In this document: piece after piece, positions 39,351 to 48,637 of the stretch
Numbering within the stretch: position 1 is the stretch's first letter
How the letters are laid out: every line of letters begins with the position of its first letter
From: a virus
Lineage: Duplodnaviria > Caudoviricetes
IMG/VR virus record: IMGVR_UViG_3300028833_003520
DNA length: 64,000 nucleotides
Reading direction: 5' to 3' (one strand)
Made by a program: the position numbers and the translations under genes
The notes under the pieces: model-generated
The model's database searches: none
Seen by the model: the letters and a program-made list of their open reading frames with translations, nothing else
What the model was told of the DNA's origin: nothing

Positions 39351-39379
39351 TTGATATATGAGCAAATTGGTGGTAAGGT
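39351..39379 (+). promoter_or_regulatory. Class B promoter (weaker -10)
   Basis: TTGATA-TATGAG-N11-TAAGGT. Confidence 0.5.
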
Positions 39380-39410
39380 GAGCATACATATATTGAAAGG
39401 AGAACTGAAG

Positions 39411-39860
39411 ATGAAGAAGTTCAAGTTTATCGTAGCCACAGCACTCATTGGAACAATGATGTTTGGTATGTGTGCGTGTGGGGGTGACAAGACCGATTCT
39501 GATAAGTCAGAGAAGGAAACAGAGGTTGAGGTTACTGTCGAAGAGTCCGAAGTATCTGAAGAGACAGAGGAGACGAAGGGTACTGAAGAGACTGAAGTAC
39601 CTGAGGAAACAGAGCACACCAAGATTGATGAGCACGGTATTCCTGATGATACCAAGCCTGATACAAATAAGCCCGATGGTGCACCTGACTCAACTCACCA
39701 CAGTCTTGAGTATGACGAAGACGGTAGAGTTCTTAAGGATGATGAAGATGATGCAACGCATTACGAAGAAGATGGAGCAAAAGATACTGCTACAACAGCA
39801 TCTATTATCTTTCATCTTGTAGATGGCGATTCAAAGCCTATGCCTCCGAGAAAACTTTAA
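39411..39860 (+). CDS. Acidic lipoprotein
   Basis: MKKFKF, hydrophobic stretch, then MCAC lipobox-like motif; SD AAAGGAG. Confidence 0.65.
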   Translation: MKKFKFIVATALIGTMMFGMCACGGDKTDSDKSEKETEVEVTVEESEVSEETEETKGTEETEVPEETEHTKIDEHGIPDDTKPDTNKPDGAPDSTHHSLEYDEDGRVLKDDEDDATHYEEDGAKDTATTASIIFHLVDGDSKPMPPRKL

Positions 39861-39884
39861 TCTTGATATGAGGGTGATTAAGGA

Positions 39885-39922
39885 CAAAATAAAAGGTCGT
39901 TACATAATGTAGCGACCTTTTT
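39885..39922. terminator. Bidirectional terminator
   Basis: AAAAGGTCGTTACAT-a-ATGTAGCGACCTTTT. Confidence 0.7.
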
Positions 39923-39928
39923 CAATGA

Positions 39929-40711
39929 TTAAACTTTGATGAATTTCGTTGCATTCTTGTCGAAGTTATAAGCGGAATCTTTGCTCTTATCTTCGATTTT
40001 AGATTGCTGATTTAATATTTCTAACATCTGATGGATGTGACCTGTTTTGAGGTCGGCATCACTAAGTAGTTTGACGAGTTTATTGTTCTTCTTCTTAATT
40101 TCTTTCTGGATGTCTTTGAGCGATTTATCATCAGGTTTCTCGTTAGGTAAAGCAATCTTTATGGTTGCAAGTGAGTTAGTCAAGTCCTGTATCTCTTTAG
40201 CAAGCGAATTAGCCTCTCCAACAATTTTGCCCACTTCTTCAAGTTTATCGCTCATTCGATGTATGGTGGCTTTTCTTTCGGCTTCTTTGCCGAAGTTCCA
40301 AAATACATAAGCAAAGAGACGCTCGAAGAATAAGAAGAAATTCATTTTAGATTCAACCTTATCTTTGCTGAAAGGTATTACATATTCTTTTGCATCTCTG
40401 CCTATTTCTCTCTTTTCAGAGACAATATAGATGGGTACATAAGCAGGAGAGAGACCTTCTTCTTCAGGTTGAAACATTGATGCAAGCATTGTGATTGAAT
40501 GCATAATGTAGTCATATTCGGTATCACTTAACTCGTCAAGTTTTCCACTTTTGGCAGTATCTAAAAACTCTTTCACAGGATTGTCAATTTCGAGTTTTTG
40601 ACCGATAGCCACATACTCTTTGGCATCTTTCAACTCATCTTCTGTGAGTTGAATACTGGGAATGGGATATTTACCTTCGATAGCATTGTCGGAGTCAAAA
40701 CGTATATACAT
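39929..40711 (-). CDS. Coiled-coil hypothetical protein
   Basis: 260 aa; downstream of the AAA+ gene. Confidence 0.65.
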   Translation of the reverse strand: MYIRFDSDNAIEGKYPIPSIQLTEDELKDAKEYVAIGQKLEIDNPVKEFLDTAKSGKLDELSDTEYDYIMHSITMLASMFQPEEEGLSPAYVPIYIVSEKREIGRDAKEYVIPFSKDKVESKMNFFLFFERLFAYVFWNFGKEAERKATIHRMSDKLEEVGKIVGEANSLAKEIQDLTNSLATIKIALPNEKPDDKSLKDIQKEIKKKNNKLVKLLSDADLKTGHIHQMLEILNQQSKIEDKSKDSAYNFDKNATKFIKV

Positions 40712-40721
40712 AATCTTTACC

Positions 40722-41762
40722 TCATTTTAGTTTAATCGTTTTGATATTAGGGTTGTCGAATATCTTATTATTCACTTCCCTCATAACAGCCGTAGTAAGT
40801 GACCTGACACCTGTGCCTTCGTCGAAAGCAGCATTAGCGACTTGTTCGATATATGCGTCGGTGGCAGTAATTTTAATGCCGAATTCTGAGCCGATACGGA
40901 TAAGAGGGGAGTAGGTTTGATTACGCATAATATTAGCGAAATCATTTGCATCAAATTCGTCAATGAAGATAATATCTTCGATACGACCTCTGAGTTCAGG
41001 CGGAAGAATTTTGTTAACCTCGTCTAATGTGGGAACTTTAGCATTCTTTCGGTGTGTTATATCACAATTGGAAAATCCAATACCACTTATACTCGATTGT
41101 GCGTATTGGGCAAAAGAACCTGCAAAGATACAAACAACATCAGTACAGTCTATGGTTTCAATAGTACCATTTTTAGTAGGTCGATAAGGAAAACTCATAC
41201 CCTCAATCATTCGATAAAGTTCAGGCAAAGCAGATGCATTATGTGTATCTTGGAAGTTATTAGTAAGATATTTGTCAAACTCGTCTATTACTAATATAGG
41301 AACCATATTAGGATAATCTTGACTCTTATTTTTAAGAATATAGAGGTTGGCTTGAATATTGTTTTCTCCTGTGTAACTGGAGTTGATACAATTTGCACCG
41401 TCAATGATTTGCATACAAGGGTATATCTTCTCAAGAATACGGAGAAGTTCGGTTTTTCCGCAGCCAGATTGACCTACGGTAAGTAAAGCACCTTTAGGAC
41501 GATATCCGTTAAGGATTCGCCATAAAAAGATGCTGATAGTCTTTTTATAAGTTTCGTTACCGTATAATTGAGCATCAAGGACATCATAAATTTGTTTTGG
41601 TGTCCAGGAAGCGGAAATCTGTGGAATGGGTGTAACAGATTTACGTGCCGAAGTTTTCTTCGATGAGGTTCGGTAGAACGAATCGCCGAGAACTTTGTAC
41701 GGCGTTTTATCTTTCAAAATACTGCTCTTATAAAAAGACACCTGAACCGAAGGTTCTGCCAT
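40722..41762 (-). CDS. ClpX/HslU-like AAA+ ATPase without a Zn finger
   Basis: GQSGCGKT, VIDEFDK, IFAGSF, PPELRGRI, TGVRSL. Confidence 0.8.
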   Translation of the reverse strand: MAEPSVQVSFYKSSILKDKTPYKVLGDSFYRTSSKKTSARKSVTPIPQISASWTPKQIYDVLDAQLYGNETYKKTISIFLWRILNGYRPKGALLTVGQSGCGKTELLRILEKIYPCMQIIDGANCINSSYTGENNIQANLYILKNKSQDYPNMVPILVIDEFDKYLTNNFQDTHNASALPELYRMIEGMSFPYRPTKNGTIETIDCTDVVCIFAGSFAQYAQSSISGIGFSNCDITHRKNAKVPTLDEVNKILPPELRGRIEDIIFIDEFDANDFANIMRNQTYSPLIRIGSEFGIKITATDAYIEQVANAAFDEGTGVRSLTTAVMREVNNKIFDNPNIKTIKLK

Positions 41763-41989
41763 AATTTATAATTCTCCTTTGTTATGGAAACTGTTCGTTT
41801 ATGAAAGAATTTTACAATATTTTCGGTGATAAATCAAATGTAGAGATATGCAGATTTATAGCACGATATGTAATAATTTATAACGATAATTATTACTTTA
41901 ATTATTACTTTGTCAGAACAAAGAGAAAATAAAATGTGTGGCAAAATTGAGTGAAAGCAATGACAGGTCTGTGTCAAATGTCAGGTGGG

Positions 41990-43060
41990 TGTTATCATCG
42001 TAATGTAACTTATGCAAAAGGCATTTTACTCCTTAAGAAAGAAAAGGGCAGGGATGTGTGTTACCCCGTCCTTTTCTTTTTGTTAGGCGTGTATTCCAAT
42101 TTTTCCATCGAATGATATAATAGGAGAATCAAAGTCCAAGTTACCTCGCAAGACATTGATAAAAGTGGTATGTTTATTCTTACCAAGTTAGGTTATGAGA
42201 TAGAAGAGTCAAGTCAGCCGCTTGGCTCTTTTATTTTATCAAAGACTGTGGTAGATTAGTTGTTATAGTAGTAGTTTAACTGACGGTAAATATGGACTAC
42301 TTACTGGTTTCCTTTCTATGCAAAGAGCAGTCCGAAGAGGGCTGTTCTTTTAAGTTAGAAGGTGATACAATAGCAATGTAATTAGTTATGCTAACTAACT
42401 TTTTACAATTCAGATACAGATGTATTCTTCATCGAGCATTAAGGACAGAAGGCACTCTGTCCTTTTTGTTTGGTGTATGCTATAATCGGTTCAAGGCTTA
42501 TGATATTAACTCATTCGCCACCTTTCAAAAAAGATGCAAAGAGGACGGTTATTTACCGCCCTTTTTGTTTAGAAGATGTCATTTATTTGATAGAATTGAT
42601 GTTATAATGAATGTATAATTAGAGTAGTCAGGAAAGCCATAAGACTATCTCTTTGGGATTTTGCAGTAAGGGTGGGTATATCCCACCTTTATTGTTTATG
42701 ATATAATCAGTCTGTTGCCATTGCCATTGGTGACGAGAATAAACTTGAGGCACACATATGACGCAAGATAGGCAGAGGTTTTCCTCTGCTTATTTCGTTT
42801 TTACAGATTTGTCCAGGATAAGAAGTAACGCAATTGTAATGCACAAGTGTTATAGTTGTGCTATAATACGATTACTGATTATCTATTCACGACCTTAGGT
42901 ATTTCAGTTTTCAAGATTCGAGATAAAGCAGTCATTAGCAGTCCTTGTGGCTGCTTTTTCTTTTTGGTATAATGATTGTAGAAAGGTGATTACATCATCT
43001 TTTTGTTTCTCATTAACGGCAGGGAAGGACAGGAGCAACATCGCCTGTCCTTTTCTTCGT
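41990..43060 (+). ncRNA. Tandem array of nine putative small RNA genes
   Basis: Extended -10 (TGnTA(T/C)(A/C)(A/G)T) hexamers at 41993, 42116, 42264, 42366, 42481, 42603, 42702, 42862 and 42968, each followed within about 90-110 nt by a GC hairpin plus T run. Confidence 0.65.
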
Positions 43061-43183
43061 TTTACAGTATGAGATTTTATTCTAATACTGGTTTCAATCT
43101 CTTTTACAAGAAAAGAACTCGGCTATCAAAACAATAAGCGACGGTTGTTTCGGAGCATTATTAGTTTTGGGTAGGGAAGAATC

Positions 43184-43378
43184 GGGGACAAAGTAGGGAA
43201 TAGGTGGGGACAAATCGGGGACATTTCAGGGACAATGTGAAGATAGGTGGCTTGAATGTGATTGATTAACATCTCAATGTGAATATCAAAGGCTATTATG
43301 TGAAGAAATGTGATTGAAGCAGCAGATTGATGTGAAGATTTGAGCATCAAATGTGATTAAATAGACGACTGATGTGAA
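43184..43378 (+). repeat. Helically phased GGGACA (x4) and ATGTGA (x8) repeats
   Basis: ATGTGA starts at 43235, 43256, 43277, 43298, 43308, 43330, 43351, 43372; GGGACA at 43185, 43207, 43218, 43229. Confidence 0.7.
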
Positions 43379-43930
43379 TTTCACGCAGTTTTACACAGAA
43401 AAACTGGTTAAAATTTAGTGATAGGTGCTTTTCTGAGAGGTTATCTCTAAAAAAGTCGCCTATTTTTTCGTGATAACGGTTTGCGAATGGAAATATTCCA
43501 AAAGGAATAATATTATTCTTATAGGAATATTTTTATGACTGACAGGAATATCGTTATTCCTAATAGCATATCCGAACGGCATATTTCGAAGCGTAATTTC
43601 GTCCCAATGTTTTACAGGGAAGGGGATGAGAGTGCTCGTATTGGTATCAGGCGGCGGAATTTTGAAAATTCTCGGCGAGTTTTTGAAATCAGAGAGGTTG
43701 TTTTCGAAATTTACCTCAAAATTTGCACCGAAATTTTTCATAATGAGAAGTGGTTCGGACAGCAAATTATGTATAGAAATGTATGGGCAAAATATGTTTT
43801 ATGTAGATTAAACAGAGTTTTGCAGCGTAATTTTACATCAGAAAGAGGAGCCAAAAAGTGTGTCACGCTCTTGAGCGACTCCAAAAATGTTAAGTTTAAT
43901 GTAGATTAAACCCTTGTTTTTGAGAAAATT

Positions 43931-44291
43931 TTCTATACATTCTATACGTTTCTATACCCCTTTTCTATACATTCTATACACAAGAATCCTTAAATTTAGG
44001 GCTTTATAGCCATTTGTATAGATTGTATAGAAAATATTTAAGTCAATTATAGAGCCTTTTTATTTTTTCGTGTAGCACACTTCCCATTTTTCTCAGTGTA
44101 AATCAAAAGACAATTTTTAAGATAATAAATGACTTGTAAAAATTCTATACTTTCTATACAAAGTACCGCAAACCCTTATAAAATAAGGCTTTGAGGCGTA
44201 TAGAAATGAAATAGCGTTTCTATACATTCTATACACGAACCTCTGAAACGCCTATGAAATAAGGGTTTTGGGCGTATAGAATTTTCTATAC
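43931..44291. repeat. TTCTATAC octamer cluster (direct and inverted), putative replication origin
   Basis: 10 forward and 3 reverse perfect copies, separated by imperfect palindromes such as AAACCCTTATAAAATAAGGCTTT. Confidence 0.7.
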
Positions 44292-44364
44292 ACGCTTTTA
44301 GCAGGTATTTTCCAGTGTAAAATACCGCAGTTTGATAAGATTCAAATTTTTTTGTGTAATACTA

Positions 44365-44393
44365 TTGACATTATCCATATATGGGATTATAGT
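44365..44393 (+). promoter_or_regulatory. Class A promoter
   Basis: TTGACA-ttatCCATATATGGgat-TATAGT; second promoter TTGACA-17-TAACAT at 44478-44506. Confidence 0.75.
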
Positions 44394-44584
44394 TCGGATT
44401 AGAGATGGTACTAATCTATATTAGTTATATAGTTAATAGTAAGTACAAAAATTACGAAAAAATTTGAACGAAAACTGTTGACAAGGCTAAAATGGCGTGG
44501 TAACATCAAGTTGATGTAATCAATCGTAAGAGAGATTCATCTACGACAAATTTCAATTCTTTATAAGTAAAGGAGAAAACAGTT

Positions 44585-45121
44585 ATGGCAAACGTAAGAA
44601 AAGACGTAATCGGTCCTGACGGCAAGTCTGGTATGAAGGGCAGAGAAATCATCGCAAGAGTAGTTGAGCGTGACGAAAAGAATGGTAAGGGTTATTATAT
44701 GAATGCCCAGTTGAACCAGTCTTTCGGTAAGCCCGTGAACACAACTTCACAGCCTCATCTCGCAAAGGCTCACTCTTTCAAGGGTAATGACGGTACAGAG
44801 AGAAACTCTTATGATATTCGTCTTGGACCTAAGCAGGTAGAGGCACTCAAGGCTAATTCCAAGTCTTGCACACTCGAAGATGGTTCCACAATCTACGGTT
44901 TCACCGCAGACCTTATGAAGACCAAGGACAACGGACTTATGCCCGACTTTGGTACTCTCAAGCCCACTTCCAAGAAGATTGACGACAAGTCTTGGGCAAA
45001 GCAGTCTGCTACAACTCAGAAGGCTTTCAAGGCTGGTGAGGCACAGCGTGCTGCTAAGGCTGCTGAAAAGACTGCAGAGGCTCCTGCAAAGGATGACGCT
45101 CAGGCAGAAATCGGCGGTTAA
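44585..45121 (+). CDS. Basic hypothetical protein, probably highly expressed
   Basis: SD AAAGGAG, strongly biased codons, two promoters, own terminator; ends AEIGG. Confidence 0.75.
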   Translation: MANVRKDVIGPDGKSGMKGREIIARVVERDEKNGKGYYMNAQLNQSFGKPVNTTSQPHLAKAHSFKGNDGTERNSYDIRLGPKQVEALKANSKSCTLEDGSTIYGFTADLMKTKDNGLMPDFGTLKPTSKKIDDKSWAKQSATTQKAFKAGEAQRAAKAAEKTAEAPAKDDAQAEIGG

Positions 45122-45144
45122 TTCGATTACCGATAATTCAACCT

Positions 45145-45181
45145 ATAGCACTCTCACTTCGGTGAGGGTGCTATTTTTTTT
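45145..45181 (+). terminator. Rho-independent terminator
   Basis: ATAGCACTCTCAC-ttcg-GTGAGGGTGCTAT plus T run. Confidence 0.8.
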
Positions 45182-45283
45182 GTCCTGTTTTGGATAATTT
45201 TGTCTTGAAAATTTTAGCCCTTATCGTTAATATCAATTTATGAATATTGTTCATTGAAAATGTTGATAAAGGAGAAGAAAGGC

Positions 45284-45550
45284 GTGGAAAATTTCGCACA
45301 GGAAACGCTTTATGACTTGATGATGGAGCATCCAAATAGACTTGTTAGCAAGTCGTTCATCGAGCAAGGCGTAAATGAGTTATTAGGGGAAATCGAGAAG
45401 ATTGAGGGACGATTAGGAATAACAATGACTGAGGAGCGTAATAGAGTGGATGCCGAACAGAGAACTTGGAAGTATATGACACGCTCTAATGTTTATAATT
45501 CCGTTGAATATTTGAAACGGACCTACTACGACAAATATGGTCGTTTTTAA
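45284..45550 (+). CDS. Hypothetical protein
   Basis: GTG after AAAGGAG. Confidence 0.5.
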   Translation: MENFAQETLYDLMMEHPNRLVSKSFIEQGVNELLGEIEKIEGRLGITMTEERNRVDAEQRTWKYMTRSNVYNSVEYLKRTYYDKYGRF

Positions 45551-45689
45551 TCCTGATAAAAGACATCGAATGGGTATGCAAGGTACGAATTATGGGACAG
45601 AATTCGCTTGCATACAAGTCCATTATGTGTTAAAATATCCTCATAAATGAATCAAAACAGTAGTTTTGAGAATGTGAGGGTAATACATA

Positions 45690-46160
45690 ATGGCGAACCG
45701 ATGTTTCGGAGTAGATGGATTTTGGGATAGAGTTGAGATTGCGTGTCAGCAGTCTGGTTTATCCAAGGCAGAGATAGCAAGAAGAATGGGTTGCGAACGA
45801 AAGTGCCTTTATGAGAAACAGAATGGCTCTTCTGCAAGTTGGCATTCTGGTAGATTGGTTTCTTTTTGTCAGATTACAGGCGTGTCTGCTGATTGGCTTT
45901 TGGGATTATCTCGAAGGAAGAAGTTGAAGGGGAAGACTACTGACCCGATTAACTTCAGAGTGATTGATACCAAGACTGGTAAGGAACCTTTACTTGACCT
46001 AAACCACGTACTCAAAGAGAAGTGGTTTAAGAATAGTAACCTCATTTGGTGCGACCTGGAAGGTTGGATGATAAATGAAGATGGTTATCTGATACTTGCC
46101 GATGAATGTGGAAATTATGTATATCCTCCGCAGGATAGATTCAGAGTGGAATTTGTTTGA
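45690..46160 (+). CDS. XRE/Cro-family HTH protein with an extra C-terminal domain
   Basis: GLSKAEIARRMG...GVSADWLLG. Confidence 0.75.
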   Translation: MANRCFGVDGFWDRVEIACQQSGLSKAEIARRMGCERKCLYEKQNGSSASWHSGRLVSFCQITGVSADWLLGLSRRKKLKGKTTDPINFRVIDTKTGKEPLLDLNHVLKEKWFKNSNLIWCDLEGWMINEDGYLILADECGNYVYPPQDRFRVEFV

Positions 46161-46173
46161 TAGAGGAAGAAAG

Positions 46174-46530
46174 ATGAAGAACGATTCGCAGAACGCAGCA
46201 AATAACGAATTACTCAAGGGTATTTCTGTTAAGGATATTCCTAAGTATAGGCGTGATGCTATTATTTTCTTGCTTCTTTGTGCTCTCGATTCTGCTCTTG
46301 CTGTGTATATGGGCTTTTTAAGTTATAGAGCCTTTCTACGAAGCGAGATGATATGGTCAATGGTGGTTGCTTTATTCTTTATTCTTGATGTAGCCTTTGG
46401 TTATGAAAACTTGCGTAAGTTTTTAACCTGTGTGCGTCTCATCAAGTCTATCAAGTTACTGAAGAAGTATAAAGAAGACCACCCTGAGGAGTACGAAGAA
46501 TATAAGGAAAATCACCCTGAAGATTTTTGA
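46174..46530 (+). CDS. Two-TM membrane protein
   Basis: Two hydrophobic segments; SD GAGGA. Confidence 0.55.
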   Translation: MKNDSQNAANNELLKGISVKDIPKYRRDAIIFLLLCALDSALAVYMGFLSYRAFLRSEMIWSMVVALFFILDVAFGYENLRKFLTCVRLIKSIKLLKKYKEDHPEEYEEYKENHPEDF

Positions 46531-46541
46531 GGATTAACCAA

Positions 46542-46718
46542 ATGAGTCTTGATAAAGCAATACAACACGGTAAGGAGCATAGAAAGCCATACAGACGTGC
46601 TAAGTCTGTTGATAGTCAGTGCAGAAATCACGGTTCTTGTCTTTGGTGTAAAGGCAATAGAACTTATAGGTTTAGGAAAGAAGAAGAGAGGTTAAATCAA
46701 AATGTTGAAGAAGAATGA
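46542..46718 (+). CDS. Small basic Cys/His protein
   Basis: MSLDKAIQHGKEHRKPY...CRNHGSCLWC. Confidence 0.55.
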   Translation: MSLDKAIQHGKEHRKPYRRAKSVDSQCRNHGSCLWCKGNRTYRFRKEEERLNQNVEEE

Positions 46719-48504
46719 TACTTCGTTGTTTGAGTTAGGCAAGGGTTATGACATCTTTCCTGATAGATGTGCAACATCATCAGTAGATGCTACGTCTATC
46801 GTTGGTCACGTTCTTTTTAGCCAGCCTAAAAAGTGCGATAAGATAGACGCAAAATTTGCAAAGACGATTTCGAAGAAAATAGGTTCAAAGAACCTTAATC
46901 CTGTATTTGCACCTGATGCAATTCCGTATAAGTATAGTAAAGACGGCTACAAGACCGTAGGTGATGTAGTTAGAGAAGATTGGCAGGTAAGATATGGAGC
47001 GTTGCCGACAGGTGCTTTTATCGTAGATACAGAACCGTCGCATAATCTTATCATCAATACTTCTGCAGGAATTGCTGACCACTCTATCTTAAAATCTTAT
47101 GTTGATATGTTTGCTCGTAGTAGAAACAATAACAACATAGTTATTTATGACCGTAAAGGTGAGGCACTTCACTTTTATGGTAAGGAGTTAGAAAAGTACG
47201 GATATGATATCCGAATAATAGATACTATCGGTGCAAGGCGTGATGATGGAACAAGAGTATTTGGTACAGATAAGACTTGCATCACATATAATCCTTTGGC
47301 TTTAGCCGTTAAGTATGCTATTAGAGCAAGGAACGATACACGTTCCGATTGGTGGACAAAGGTTGCTATTGTTGTTAATGACGCTGTTGCTGACTTGATG
47401 TGTCGTTACCCAGAGGGTGGCGACCCATTTCATCCGACTGCGGCATACTATTTGGTCTTAGGACTCATATACGCTTTGATATGGAATGCATTGGAAGACC
47501 TGGCGAACGAGCCTATGGTCAGCAATTATGTTAATCCGTTAACGGATAGTAAATGCGTAGAGATTTTTGAGAGAGTTAATCTTGCGAATGTCTATGACAT
47601 TCTTGTCAAGATAAGAGAGGGTGATTTCAATGGTTTGAACAAACTTGGAATCAAGGTAACTGACGAGGACGATATTTATTCTTTGTTTGAGAATACAATA
47701 TCGAGAATATATGAGAGACCTTATATTGACGAGAAGGGCGAGGAGTATGATTTTAATTCCTCTATACGTCAGTTACTTAAGTATTCGTGGGATATTGCCA
47801 GAGTTTCGTTATGTAGTAACGATATATTCTTTGCAATAAATGAGTTAGCACCGATTGCCGAGATGAGGTTTACCTTAACAGGCATTCGTGGTTCTAATGT
47901 CTTCGATACCGAAGAGTTTGTGGCAGATAATGGTGCAAAGAAACAGATTATTTTCTTTGTCTATGGTGGTTATCAGACCAACTATAGTAGGTATTTTAGG
48001 ACATTTATTCATCAGGTGCTTAACAAAGTGTATGCATCTGTAGCAACTCCGAGAGAGCCAATTAAGGTCAAGGGCACACGTTTTGTCATAGACGACCTTT
48101 CTATGATAATAGATGCACAGCAAGAAGGACATTGGGACAATGCGTTGGACCCCTTGCTTGCTGTTGGGCATCAGTATAATCAGTTATTCACAGTAGCCAC
48201 TTCATCAATAGATATGTTCAGAAGCGTATTTGGTCTGACAAAGGACAAGGATTTCGAGGAGTTTGAGAAGACTGCTCATATTGTGTTCATTAAGAGTGCT
48301 GATGATACTCTTATTGATTATTTTCTTGCACGAGAGAAGAAGTGCCATACTGTAATACCTGAAAGGTTTGGCTATAATGACCTTGCATTTATGGATAGAG
48401 GGTGCAGAGTAATACTGTGTCCTGATGGTACAGCCGTTTGGTGTAAGAACTTGTTTCCTTATACGACACGGTTCAATAACGTAATTTTTTTGACAGTCTT
48501 ATGA
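46702..48504 (+). CDS. Degenerate soluble VirD4/TraG coupling-protein paralogue (Walker A lost)
   Basis: Colinear blocks with 53203-57579; AITRAGKG replaced by INTSAGIA; no N-terminal TM. Confidence 0.75.
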   Translation: MLKKNDTSLFELGKGYDIFPDRCATSSVDATSIVGHVLFSQPKKCDKIDAKFAKTISKKIGSKNLNPVFAPDAIPYKYSKDGYKTVGDVVREDWQVRYGALPTGAFIVDTEPSHNLIINTSAGIADHSILKSYVDMFARSRNNNNIVIYDRKGEALHFYGKELEKYGYDIRIIDTIGARRDDGTRVFGTDKTCITYNPLALAVKYAIRARNDTRSDWWTKVAIVVNDAVADLMCRYPEGGDPFHPTAAYYLVLGLIYALIWNALEDLANEPMVSNYVNPLTDSKCVEIFERVNLANVYDILVKIREGDFNGLNKLGIKVTDEDDIYSLFENTISRIYERPYIDEKGEEYDFNSSIRQLLKYSWDIARVSLCSNDIFFAINELAPIAEMRFTLTGIRGSNVFDTEEFVADNGAKKQIIFFVYGGYQTNYSRYFRTFIHQVLNKVYASVATPREPIKVKGTRFVIDDLSMIIDAQQEGHWDNALDPLLAVGHQYNQLFTVATSSIDMFRSVFGLTKDKDFEEFEKTAHIVFIKSADDTLIDYFLAREKKCHTVIPERFGYNDLAFMDRGCRVILCPDGTAVWCKNLFPYTTRFNNVIFLTVL

Positions 48505-48637
48505 CAAACAGATTTCAATTTGTTTGCATAATTTTTATCAAAATTATTGAAAATTCATTTTCGATGTGATATTATCCACATTGTGAATTACTGAAACGGC
48601 TTATTTATGAGCCAATTTTTCGAAAGGAAAGTAATAA

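Noticed and set aside
41990-43060. CRISPR array or integron cassette array
   Set aside because: No conserved repeat sequence or attC cores and no cas or intI gene; only the promoter/terminator architecture repeats.
42388-43909. ORFs 42388-42618, 43126-43350, 43460-43765, 43535-43909 and 43626-43811
   Set aside because: No SD, atypical composition; several cross terminators or repeat tracks, and the rest overlap each other.
43931-44291. CRISPR repeats
   Set aside because: Units are 8 bp, irregularly spaced and in both orientations, which is iteron-like.
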